A DNA stretch of 24,211 nt from a virus (lineage: Duplodnaviria > Caudoviricetes). Shown here in pieces: positions 14,960 through 24,004 of the stretch. Numbering within the stretch: the first letter of the stretch is position 1; each line of letters begins with the position of its first letter. The stretch spans positions 1 through 24,211 of the IMG/VR virus record IMGVR_UViG_3300020431_000039, one strand, 5' to 3'. The translations under genes were made by a program, and so were the position numbers. The notes under the pieces were generated by a model, which saw only the letters and a program-made list of their open reading frames with translations, searched no databases and was not told the DNA's origin.

Positions 14960-15883
14960 TTATTCCCCAACTTTTCGTTTGATATGACTTACAATTTTAT
15001 TTGTAATCTCATCTAGTTCTTGTTTTGTAAAATCCATGCATGTGTCATTATATCTGTCTATGAGTTCTCCATCCAATCCATGTATTCTAATCGGAGAATA
15101 CTTCTTCTTAACATCTTTCTTTTCTAAGATATTGAAATGATTTGGATATGAAATATTTTCTGCAAATGTTGATCCAAGTATAATACTTCCTGGTGTATTA
15201 AAAGCATATGCCATATGCTGTCCAACAGAATCAACTCCAATAAAATAATCTGCAGCCTCTATAATTGCAGACCATTGTCTAATATTTGTATCAACATACA
15301 TGTTTTGATCATTATCAAATTTAAGTTCACTGAATGTGATTAGATTATATTTTTTTCTTATTTTCTCTGAAATATAAAAATAATCGTCAGTTGATAATGA
15401 TCGACTAGATGGATCAATAGTATGTCCTGATTTATGAAGAGTGCATCCCCTACCAAAAGGTTGAATGACTACAGTTTTTTTCTTTTTATGATGCTCTTTT
15501 ACATTATTAATTGCATCTAGTGCATTGATCTCTTCAAGTTTAGATAAAACAATCTTTGGTTTTTCTAAATCTGAATGATCTTCTGTGTTGTTGATTAACT
15601 TGTCAAAAGATTCTGATAGTGATCTCTTCTGATTATAATATCCATGCTCTCGATATGGTTCTATCGACACTAAATCATTTGGTTTGATAATATTTTCAAA
15701 CAAACCTTTGTGATTTAATTCAAAAGCAAGATCCTGAAGTTCTGGATGACCTACAAAAAAATCTATTCCAGATTCTGACAGTATATAAAAATCTGGACCA
15801 TGCTTTTTATAATATTTTTGTAATGCTGGTAATGCACATATTACTCTACCTGCCCCACCATTTATAACAAAAACTTTCTTCAT
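14960..15883 (-). CDS. GT-B glycosyltransferase, GT9/heptosyltransferase-like
   Basis: GGAGRVICALPAL, VVIQPFG, SRSL, FIGVDSVGQHMAYAFNTPGSIILGST. Confidence 0.75.
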   Translation of the reverse strand: MKKVFVINGGAGRVICALPALQKYYKKHGPDFYILSESGIDFFVGHPELQDLAFELNHKGLFENIIKPNDLVSIEPYREHGYYNQKRSLSESFDKLINNTEDHSDLEKPKIVLSKLEEINALDAINNVKEHHKKKKTVVIQPFGRGCTLHKSGHTIDPSSRSLSTDDYFYISEKIRKKYNLITFSELKFDNDQNMYVDTNIRQWSAIIEAADYFIGVDSVGQHMAYAFNTPGSIILGSTFAENISYPNHFNILEKKDVKKKYSPIRIHGLDGELIDRYNDTCMDFTKQELDEITNKIVSHIKRKVGE

Positions 15884-15904
15884 TCACTGAATAATAATGC
15901 TGTA

Positions 15905-16573
15905 CTATGTAGTTGATATTCCTAAAGAAGTTTTTAATCTGATTATTAAATTGCTTTGTAGTCCATCAGTATCTTTAAGATACTGTAAGTAATTACTGAA
16001 ATCTTCATCTACATGATAAGTAAATGTGCTCTGAGTAACTCCATCAGAAAATTCTATAGGAGTGCTAAATGTTGCAGTCTTAGCAGTATTATCAACTGTT
16101 GGATTTCCATTCTCCAATGCATTGATCAGAATTTTTAAGTTGGCATTTACTCCAGTCCAATTATCATATTGTTCACGATTCATCTCAATATCTGCATATA
16201 AAGATTCAGATGCTACAGGCTTTGGAAGATCTGCTGGATTAATAGTTTGATCAGGTACTTCAACAGCTGTTGGTGCAGAAGGTGCATTTGCATCAATCTG
16301 TGCTTTCAATTCTGCTAGTCTTTCTGATTCTTCTTTTTCTCTTTGAATTCTTTTTGGTTCTTCCTGATTAAAAATTAAATCTTTAATCGCAGAATAATTA
16401 TCTGATTGAGTATTAATAAATTGATTATCGTAATAATAATCTCCAATTGAAGGTGATCCTGTAGATACTTTTGTCCACTGTAGTCCACTAGTGCTTACAA
16501 AATTTTCATCAGTTGTAATATCAATTACAACATCAATCCCATAATTATTTTGTTTTGTTCTTATGTAATTCAT
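15905..16573 (-). CDS. hypothetical protein, possibly a tail-fibre-associated chaperone
   Basis: Directly follows the Cys-rich fibre; W...PSIGDYYYDNQF resembles tail-assembly-type motifs. Confidence 0.6.
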   Translation of the reverse strand: MNYIRTKQNNYGIDVVIDITTDENFVSTSGLQWTKVSTGSPSIGDYYYDNQFINTQSDNYSAIKDLIFNQEEPKRIQREKEESERLAELKAQIDANAPSAPTAVEVPDQTINPADLPKPVASESLYADIEMNREQYDNWTGVNANLKILINALENGNPTVDNTAKTATFSTPIEFSDGVTQSTFTYHVDEDFSNYLQYLKDTDGLQSNLIIRLKTSLGISTT

Positions 16574-16582
16574 TTAATTTCC

Positions 16583-18160
16583 TCAGTATAATAGTACGAC
16601 TATGCCACTTCCTGCGGCAGGATATTTTCTATTTCCTCCTCCACCATAACCTGCACTGGTTGTAATACCTGCACCATTGCCATAATTAATATCTGAAATA
16701 TTAGTGTCATTTTCATCAACTAAAGTTGATGTTGGAATAATGTAATTTTCAGAATAATTGGATGTTTTGTCTTGAATAAATCCTAAATTATGAGTTTTAT
16801 TATAAAGTATACTTGTGTCAGCTACGTGAGCAAGACCATATGGCATACAAATACACATTGCGTTTCCTGATTGAGCTGAACCAAAATAGAATGTGTATGC
16901 GTATCCTATGCATCTATAGCACCAAGTCTCAGATCCAGTTGTTCCTGTAAAAGATGAACAAGTCGAATAGCATCCAGGAACATAATCTACACAAATATAT
17001 GAGCAACCACTTCCACCAAAACTATAATCATATCCATAATTTTCATATTTATAGCAAATATCTTGGGCACCACCACCAGCACCGCTAGTTCTGGCAACTC
17101 CAACATCAGTAACTATTTTTTCTGATCTTCCATCTTTTCCATTATCAGCACTTGTTCCTGCCTGAGCACCAATCCCCATTGGAATTTCATTGTGGAATAA
17201 CCCTTCTGATGGATCAGCAACTCCGCCAATTGTTTCTGCACCAATAAATCCATGAGTGGATTCTTTTTGGTTTTTACCTAAGAAAATATATTGTGATTTT
17301 GTACCACTGGCTACAGTTGCACATAAATTTGATATATTAGTACAAAGATAATAGCATATACACCCACTGATTGACGTACTACCAAATTGACACCCACCGA
17401 ATGTAGTGTGATATCCTCTATTTGCACATCCACAAGTTACTGTTGGAGTAATCCAACATGCGGATTGATTTCCAGAAACTCCTCCACCCCCACTATTAAT
17501 AGTATCAAAGCAAGAATCATATAAAAATTGTGGAATTAAAACTCCATCTCCACCTGTTCTGTTAACGTCTCCTCCTGTTGCAGTTCCACCCTTATTATAA
17601 TATCCAGAGATATTATTTGCATAACCACAAACAGGAAGGGAAAAACCAAAGGCAACTGGATTATCATTTGATGCATCTCTTGCTGTTGAGTTACTAGTAC
17701 ACGCCCAAGTATGTGCGGATTCTGTTGCATTTGCTGCAGATATAGTGGTGAATCCATCACCAGCAACACTACTAGCACTTAAACCACTAACAGATCCAAC
17801 ATTAATTGTTAATGTTTTACCAGGTATTGCTTCATCTGAGGTAAATGTTTTCTCTGAATACGCTCCACCAGCGCCAGTTAAATGACCAGTAAAGCACGTT
17901 GAATATGTTTTATTGGGAAATGCAACACCAGAGCAACAATTAGAGGATACATGGCAATATGTCCCTGTTCTATAGCAAGATCCAGCACCAATTACGATTG
18001 CTTTTACGTTAGTTGATGTTGCAGGAATATCAAAAGTTGTTGAACCAGGAGTACTAAAAATTTTTACATTTGAAAATACTCCACCACCGCCACTACCGCC
18101 GCCACCTCCTCCAGAGGATCCTTTTGTTCTACCAGCTGCGGTTCCTAAAAATCTTCCCAT
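16583..18160 (-). CDS. Gly/Cys-rich virion fibre-like protein
   Basis: FSTPGSTTFDIP..VKAIVIGAG, GAGGAYSEK, GGGG..AGSGIVVLLY (glycine-rich fibre domain architecture); about 25 Cys. Confidence 0.7.
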   Translation of the reverse strand: MGRFLGTAAGRTKGSSGGGGGGSGGGGVFSNVKIFSTPGSTTFDIPATSTNVKAIVIGAGSCYRTGTYCHVSSNCCSGVAFPNKTYSTCFTGHLTGAGGAYSEKTFTSDEAIPGKTLTINVGSVSGLSASSVAGDGFTTISAANATESAHTWACTSNSTARDASNDNPVAFGFSLPVCGYANNISGYYNKGGTATGGDVNRTGGDGVLIPQFLYDSCFDTINSGGGGVSGNQSACWITPTVTCGCANRGYHTTFGGCQFGSTSISGCICYYLCTNISNLCATVASGTKSQYIFLGKNQKESTHGFIGAETIGGVADPSEGLFHNEIPMGIGAQAGTSADNGKDGRSEKIVTDVGVARTSGAGGGAQDICYKYENYGYDYSFGGSGCSYICVDYVPGCYSTCSSFTGTTGSETWCYRCIGYAYTFYFGSAQSGNAMCICMPYGLAHVADTSILYNKTHNLGFIQDKTSNYSENYIIPTSTLVDENDTNISDINYGNGAGITTSAGYGGGGNRKYPAAGSGIVVLLY

Positions 18161-18173
18161 GGTGTTTTACCTC

Positions 18174-18494
18174 TTATACGGATTCTTCAATTCCATAAAC
18201 TGCAACAGAAACATCAATTGTTGATGCATATGCAACTACATTTTTAGATGCATTAATAACAATACCTGTTCTTTCTAATACACCCTGAGCACTTAATGCT
18301 GCTTCATATTCTATGTATTCTGCATTTACTGGAGTATCACTTGCCGAGACAGCTAGTCTTACTGTGGCAGCTGCCGCAGATCTATTTACGATATTGATAT
18401 TTGTGACAGCAAGAGTGGATGCTGGTACAGTATAAACGGTATGATTTGTTGATACTGTAGAAATTCCTACTTGCCCTAAGATTCCGGACGCCAT
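18174..18494 (-). CDS. putative small virion structural protein
   Basis: VYTVPAST..NINIVNRS..YIEYE..LERTGIV; perfect late promoter upstream. Confidence 0.7.
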   Translation of the reverse strand: MASGILGQVGISTVSTNHTVYTVPASTLAVTNINIVNRSAAAATVRLAVSASDTPVNAEYIEYEAALSAQGVLERTGIVINASKNVVAYASTIDVSVAVYGIEESV

Positions 18495-18517
18495 GTAAAA
18501 AATAGTCTAATCTGTTG

Positions 18518-18525
18518 TATTTATA
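18518..18525 (-). promoter_or_regulatory. T4 gp55-type late promoter
   Basis: TATAAATA exact match on the minus strand. Confidence 0.85.
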
Positions 18526-18530
18526 TTTAA

Positions 18531-18713
18531 CTAGTTAAAAGAACTATGAAAGAATGATTTGGTAGTAACACCACTTCCCTTTTCTTTGATTTCTCCATTA
18601 ACATCTAATGTTGATGTTGGATTGGATGATTGAATTCCAACACGACTATGTGTTAAGTCAGAAAAGATATTTCCCTTTGATACTAAATTTGCAGATTGTC
18701 TTGTTTTTCCCAT
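18531..18713 (-). CDS. small tail-fibre-like protein
   Basis: RVGIQSSNPTSTLDVNG fibre shaft motif; CTAAATA at 18732-18738 upstream. Confidence 0.65.
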   Translation of the reverse strand: MGKTRQSANLVSKGNIFSDLTHSRVGIQSSNPTSTLDVNGEIKEKGSGVTTKSFFHSSFN

Positions 18714-18734
18714 TTCAGTATCTTTTATTTGTAT

Positions 18735-19709
18735 TTAGATATTGACAGTACCAATTCCAGATCGTAAAGATACTGTGAAAGCAATTCCAGTTATATTTTG
18801 AGTAAGAACTCCTGATCTTGTTGCAATTGATAATGCAGCGGCTGGTCCTGCTGCACCAGTTGAACCAATTCCCATTGTATATTCTACAACATCTAATACG
18901 TCTCCTTCATTAGCAGCAGTTGCAAGAACAACTGTCGAACCATTGGATGCAATAAATTCAGATCCATTTAATCGAATTCCATTCAAGTAAATATCTACAA
19001 ATCCTACATTATATCCACCACTAACTGTAAAAGTTTGCTGTCCTTGAGTTGCTGTTACAGTTTTTTCTGCTTTTCCTGGACCTATAGTTTCCTCTTCTTC
19101 TGGAGAACTATATGGAGCAGCATCAACCCATACAGATGTTGATCCAATACCTAATGTTGGTTCATCATAATAAACAAATATTCTACCAAAATCTGTACTA
19201 TACCAAAGATCACCTGATGATGGATCTCCAGGAGCAGTTTGTCCAATAGAAACTGTTGATGATCCACTATCACTTGCGCCAGATGCATCTGTTGGTGCAG
19301 CATCAATCCAAACAGATGTTGATCCAATACCTAATGTTGTTTCATCATAGTAGATAAATGTTCTACCTACACTATTATTGTACCAAAGATCACCTGATGA
19401 TGGTGATTCTGGAGATTCTGTTCCAATAGAAACTGATGCTCCACCTCCTCCAGCAATACTGACATCAATAGTATCAGTAGATGCATTATATTGGAATGTA
19501 TTACCAGCACCAACAAAGTTCAGAGTTTTTATTGGCCCACTTGCTACACTAGATCCAGCAGAATGAATGCCAAGGTTAAATCCACCACTAGCAGTAACAA
19601 TTCCAGTAAAATTAGAGTTACCAACGACCTCTAATACTGTCTTACCTTCACTGTAAGAAACAATACCAACTTTGAATTCTCTTTCTTGGCCGCTTAGAAA
19701 CTTAGACAT
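18735..19709 (-). CDS. putative virion structural protein with an internal duplication
   Basis: Two P..P.SGDLWY...GR.F.YYD...WxDA repeats; C-terminal TATQGQQTF..VDIYLNGIRL..F.A.NG..V.L domain. Confidence 0.75.
   Translation of the reverse strand: MSKFLSGQEREFKVGIVSYSEGKTVLEVVGNSNFTGIVTASGGFNLGIHSAGSSVASGPIKTLNFVGAGNTFQYNASTDTIDVSIAGGGGASVSIGTESPESPSSGDLWYNNSVGRTFIYYDETTLGIGSTSVWIDAAPTDASGASDSGSSTVSIGQTAPGDPSSGDLWYSTDFGRIFVYYDEPTLGIGSTSVWVDAAPYSSPEEEETIGPGKAEKTVTATQGQQTFTVSGGYNVGFVDIYLNGIRLNGSEFIASNGSTVVLATAANEGDVLDVVEYTMGIGSTGAAGPAAALSIATRSGVLTQNITGIAFTVSLRSGIGTVNI
19115..19437. repeat. intragenic direct repeat, period 180 nt
   Basis: gatccaatacctaatgttg at 19141 and 19321; taccaaagatcacctgatgatgg at 19201 and 19381. 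Confidence 0.9.
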
Positions 19710-19710
19710 A

Positions 19711-20052
19711 TCAGTTCAGTGTCTCCAACACACTAACGATGCACTTTAAATTGCTTGCATTATTTGCTGATAGAACGATAACGTCACTTGGTTCTAATAC
19801 AAGTTTTCCACTTACAAGACTTGCAGTATCATTTGCTGGAACAGGAAATTCTTTTACAATCTCTGTTGTAACAGCAGTTCCTGTTGATGATCTTTCATGA
19901 GATACAGTGACTGTATATGTTTCAGATCCTACATTTGCCACTTGAGCGAGTAATACAATGCCACTATACCCAGTAGGTGCAGTGTAAATCCCTACTGGTG
20001 ATGTTGATGCAACTTTTGTAATTGTTTTGTAATTGTTGAGTGCGAGTGCCAT
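19711..20052 (-). CDS. putative small virion structural protein
   Basis: IYTAPTGY..LAQVAN..VPAND..GKLVLE; same style as 18174..18494. Confidence 0.7.
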   Translation of the reverse strand: MALALNNYKTITKVASTSPVGIYTAPTGYSGIVLLAQVANVGSETYTVTVSHERSSTGTAVTTEIVKEFPVPANDTASLVSGKLVLEPSDVIVLSANNASNLKCIVSVLETLN

Positions 20053-20056
20053 TTTA

Positions 20057-23000
20057 TTAGATTCCTCCTAATGCTAAGATGAGTGGCGTTACGTTTGCAT
20101 ACAAACTCTTTGTATATGCATTACCAGAAATATCACCAGTGCTTTGATTAATTATAACTCCATCACCAATTCTGAAGTTACCTGATTGATCTGTGCTGGT
20201 AAATACAACCAAACCACCATCTCTCATATCTATTTCATTTGCCTGGATTGCAACTCCACCTGTAGAAGGTAGAGAATTTGCGATTGTGACACCAGAACCA
20301 ACATACTCAAATGAATGTCCTGATGCCAGAATGCGACTTTGTTTGAACACAGGTGCTGTAGTTCCAACACCTACTGCATAAGGTACATTTTCAGTGGTTG
20401 TTACTGTTGTAATACCATTTGTTGGTGTTGTTGAACTTTGAACTACATAATATTTTGAAATGGTTTCTAATGATAATGATAATCCACTACCACCTCCACC
20501 ACTAGTAGTAATATTGGGAGTAGAAGTATATCCTCTACCATTTGATAATATATCAACAGAGGTAATAACTCCATTTGTTATTGTTGCTACTGCTTGAGCA
20601 GCAATACCCCAACTTTCTGATGGATCATCAATAATCAATGTTGGTGCTGATACATAACCAGAACCACCGTTATTAATAGTTATCTTCTTAACTTCTTTGT
20701 ATAAATCATCAAAGTATATCACTTGACCATCATAGGGTCTTACTACATTAAGAGAAACAGTTCCACCACTAACATAAGTATGTCCAATCGTAGAAACACC
20801 AACATAAGCATCAAATTTAGTTGATGATGCAATACTATTTACAGTGAATACATATCCATTTGTTCCATCTGGGAAAATAGTTGTAGTAATACCAGAATTA
20901 CCTGAGCAAGTAAATCCAAGACCAGAGATAGTAACACCTGCACCAACTACAAAATTATGATTTGCACTTGTAGTAATAGTTACAATTCCAGCAGCTGCAG
21001 TATATTCAGCATTTGATACGTTTAAAGTTGGTGTACTTATATCAATTGCAAAGGTATCTGCATTTACTGCTGAGGCAGATGTAATGATACCTGTAAATTG
21101 TAGAGGACCTTTTCCATCAGAAACTAATCCAAAATTACCAAAAGATGAATTAGAATTAGTTAAATCGCATTGTCCACCAGATCCACAATAGATGGCAACA
21201 TCATTACAGATAGTGAAAACTGAAACTAACTGAGCATATCCTTCGTTTGTAATTGATACTCCAATACCACCTTGATTATACTGAGTGTAACTATCAACAA
21301 CCATACTCTTAATATTGCCACTAGCAAGAGATCCATCAATTTTCATTCCAATACTATTGGGAACAAAATTAGTACAGTTTTGAATATATGGTGATTGAGT
21401 TATATTGCCAGCATGTGATGGACTAAATGCAACCATAGCATTAGTGTTTGAAGATCCTACAAACGAAATATCTGAAATATAATTGCCATTGGTTACATAG
21501 AATAAATCTGCATTATTTGAGGGAGTAATAGACACTTCTCTTAGATTGTCACCAGTAATACTAACTTGTTTGGGCAGTGTAATTGGATTATCTTCTGTAT
21601 AAGCTCCTGCAAGAACTTTAATTACTGTACCAGCAGTTGCAATACCTACTGCAGCTTTAATTGTAAGTTTAGCATTATCAATTGATGTTCCATTATTAGA
21701 ATCAATACCATCTTTTGCAACGTAGAGAACATTAGGTGCTGAGTTAATACCTGTGGCAGACGCATTGATAGTAACATTATCGCCAAGAATTACTTGACTA
21801 TTTGTGATAGTAACAATACCAGTGGTGACAGTGTTATTATCGCCATCAATTGTAACAGAACCACTACCAACAGTCAGGATTCCAAGAACCCTAGCATTAC
21901 CATCAACTAGAAGTGTTGTGTTACCTGTTCCAATATAAACAGTTCCAACACCTGTACTAAATGTGGAAATTCCTGTTACATCAACACCACCAGAAAGAAC
22001 ATCAATTCCAACTCTTGCAGTTACAATACCAACAGAATCAACGTTCTTTACATCTTCATATGTAATTGTTCCACCAACTGAAATATTTCCATCAATGTAT
22101 TGATCGCCTTGAACATATAAAGCATATTCATCTTTAGCTGTAGTTCCTACACCAACATTCTTTGTGGTATGAATACCGGCAGATCCTACTGCCCATGTAC
22201 CTGCAGCTCCAACTGTAGATCCAATTGCAGTACTTGCAATACCTACCCACTTAGATCCATTATAAATTAGAAGTTCATTAGTTCCTGTTGTTTGATCAAA
22301 AGATACATCATCAAGATCTTTGATAAATCCAGCACCACCTCCACCAATAGTGGCAATTTGCTGTTGAATTCTATTAATAAACAGACGATAGTGATTTTGT
22401 AACTGATCAAGAGTTACAAATTTTTTATCCAGAGGTGTTAATGGGTCTGGAGATTTGTGAGAAGGATCTCCTGGAAGATTTGGATTGTCTTCTGTTAATA
22501 GAGTCTTCTCATTGAATTTAGAAAGTACATCTTCAATATATGCAACTTTTTCAACTAAAGCCTTATTATTTTTTTCAATAGCATTAAGTTGAAGTCTTCC
22601 AAGAACTTCTTGAACTTCTTCTTTAATGTCCTCAATATTCTTATTCTGTTGCTTTAGATGAGTTTCATTGACAGTGAGATTTACTTCTAAATCTTTAACA
22701 GTTTGAAGAATGTTTTGTTCTACCTGATCAACTTCTTCTCTTAAATCACCATAATGCTTTGAAGTATTTGTTTCTAAAGATTCTTTTAATTCTCTTACAT
22801 CCTCAGTAAGAGTTTCTTCAATAAATGAAAAACGATCTGAGAAATCATTAAGTTTGTCAGAGTAACTCTCCAACTTTCTATTTTCATGAATTTCTCTACT
22901 CTTAAAATCTTTCTGTAGAGAATTATATGTCTGAGAGATTGAGTTAATCTCTTCTCTTGACTCTTTAATTACTGTTTGAAGATCTTCAATTCTTTCATTA

Positions 23001-23929
23001 GTCTTCTTATCTACGTTCTCAGACAGTAATTCTACTTTTTCTTTTAATATATTAACTTTTGAGAGAACACTTTCCTCAAGGATTTTTACTTCCTTTTCAG
23101 ACTTAATTTTAGATTCAATAAGGAGATTATTATATTTTGGAATCTCATTTTCAGTAAAATCCTTTACTGTTGATGTAAGATTTTCAATCTTATCTTTGTA
23201 AAAATCAATCGCAGTCTTGATTTTTTCTTCTGTTCTTACTTCAGTTTCAGCAAAAAACTTTTTATATCTTGGAAGTTCTTTTTCTACAAGATTATTTACT
23301 TTTTTATTAATATCATCGCTAGTTTCATTGAAGTTATCTTTAACTTCAGCAATAGCATCTTGATTGAGAGTTTCAACACTCTCTAAAACATCACTTTTGA
23401 TGTTGGATATGTTTTCCTCAACATCACTTTTTAATGATACAAATCGATTATCTATTTTAACTTCAGATTCTGAAATTAATTTTTTGTACTTAGGAACATC
23501 TATGCTGAGAAAGGATTCAACAGAATCTGAAAGATTTACAAAATCTCCCTTTATTCCAATGATTGTATCTCTATTAATAGAAGATATTCTGGTTTCAATT
23601 TTTGATATCGACTCTTCAACAAAAAGAAGTTGTGCCATCATGGCACTATCTAAATCTTCTTTTTTAATTAAATCTTTAATTTCACTCTTTACTTCAGTAA
23701 TTTCATTATAAACATTTTCTACTTTTTCTAAATTTTCTTTAAAAGCATCAAATGTTTCAGTAAAATCTGATAATGATTGAATATGTGTTAAATTTGATTT
23801 AAATGCATCAAATGCTTCAGAAACATTCTCGATTTTTTCTGGACGTGCAGAAGCATACTCCTCATTTACTTCATCAAGAGGAGTTTTCTTAGTATTTTCA
23901 AAAAAATCTGAAGGCTTCTTTAATCCCAC
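20057..23929 (-). CDS. large tail-fibre-like protein: N-terminal coiled coil fused to fibre and beta-helix domains
   Basis: About 520 aa of E/K-rich heptads, then GGGGAG..DLDDV, NVLYVAKDG.DSN.G, QSPYIQNCTNF, SMVVDSYTQYNQGG; GTG start with a GGAG SD. Confidence 0.8.
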   Translation of the reverse strand: MGLKKPSDFFENTKKTPLDEVNEEYASARPEKIENVSEAFDAFKSNLTHIQSLSDFTETFDAFKENLEKVENVYNEITEVKSEIKDLIKKEDLDSAMMAQLLFVEESISKIETRISSINRDTIIGIKGDFVNLSDSVESFLSIDVPKYKKLISESEVKIDNRFVSLKSDVEENISNIKSDVLESVETLNQDAIAEVKDNFNETSDDINKKVNNLVEKELPRYKKFFAETEVRTEEKIKTAIDFYKDKIENLTSTVKDFTENEIPKYNNLLIESKIKSEKEVKILEESVLSKVNILKEKVELLSENVDKKTNERIEDLQTVIKESREEINSISQTYNSLQKDFKSREIHENRKLESYSDKLNDFSDRFSFIEETLTEDVRELKESLETNTSKHYGDLREEVDQVEQNILQTVKDLEVNLTVNETHLKQQNKNIEDIKEEVQEVLGRLQLNAIEKNNKALVEKVAYIEDVLSKFNEKTLLTEDNPNLPGDPSHKSPDPLTPLDKKFVTLDQLQNHYRLFINRIQQQIATIGGGGAGFIKDLDDVSFDQTTGTNELLIYNGSKWVGIASTAIGSTVGAAGTWAVGSAGIHTTKNVGVGTTAKDEYALYVQGDQYIDGNISVGGTITYEDVKNVDSVGIVTARVGIDVLSGGVDVTGISTFSTGVGTVYIGTGNTTLLVDGNARVLGILTVGSGSVTIDGDNNTVTTGIVTITNSQVILGDNVTINASATGINSAPNVLYVAKDGIDSNNGTSIDNAKLTIKAAVGIATAGTVIKVLAGAYTEDNPITLPKQVSITGDNLREVSITPSNNADLFYVTNGNYISDISFVGSSNTNAMVAFSPSHAGNITQSPYIQNCTNFVPNSIGMKIDGSLASGNIKSMVVDSYTQYNQGGIGVSITNEGYAQLVSVFTICNDVAIYCGSGGQCDLTNSNSSFGNFGLVSDGKGPLQFTGIITSASAVNADTFAIDISTPTLNVSNAEYTAAAGIVTITTSANHNFVVGAGVTISGLGFTCSGNSGITTTIFPDGTNGYVFTVNSIASSTKFDAYVGVSTIGHTYVSGGTVSLNVVRPYDGQVIYFDDLYKEVKKITINNGGSGYVSAPTLIIDDPSESWGIAAQAVATITNGVITSVDILSNGRGYTSTPNITTSGGGGSGLSLSLETISKYYVVQSSTTPTNGITTVTTTENVPYAVGVGTTAPVFKQSRILASGHSFEYVGSGVTIANSLPSTGGVAIQANEIDMRDGGLVVFTSTDQSGNFRIGDGVIINQSTGDISGNAYTKSLYANVTPLILALGGI

Positions 23930-23954
23930 TTAGATATATCTCCGTCTGTCATAC

Positions 23955-23962
23955 TATTTATT
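23955..23962 (-). promoter_or_regulatory. T4-like late promoter
   Basis: AATAAATA on the minus strand about 25 nt upstream of GTG 23929. Confidence 0.7.
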
Positions 23963-24004
23963 GTAGTCCTATTCTACCAATAATAAGTATGGTAGTCAAA
24001 TTAA

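Noticed and set aside
14379-23711. Short ORFs inside large late genes (14379, 16062, 17536, 19378, 20193, 23364)
   Set aside because: They are fully nested in long motif-bearing ORFs and have no independent signals
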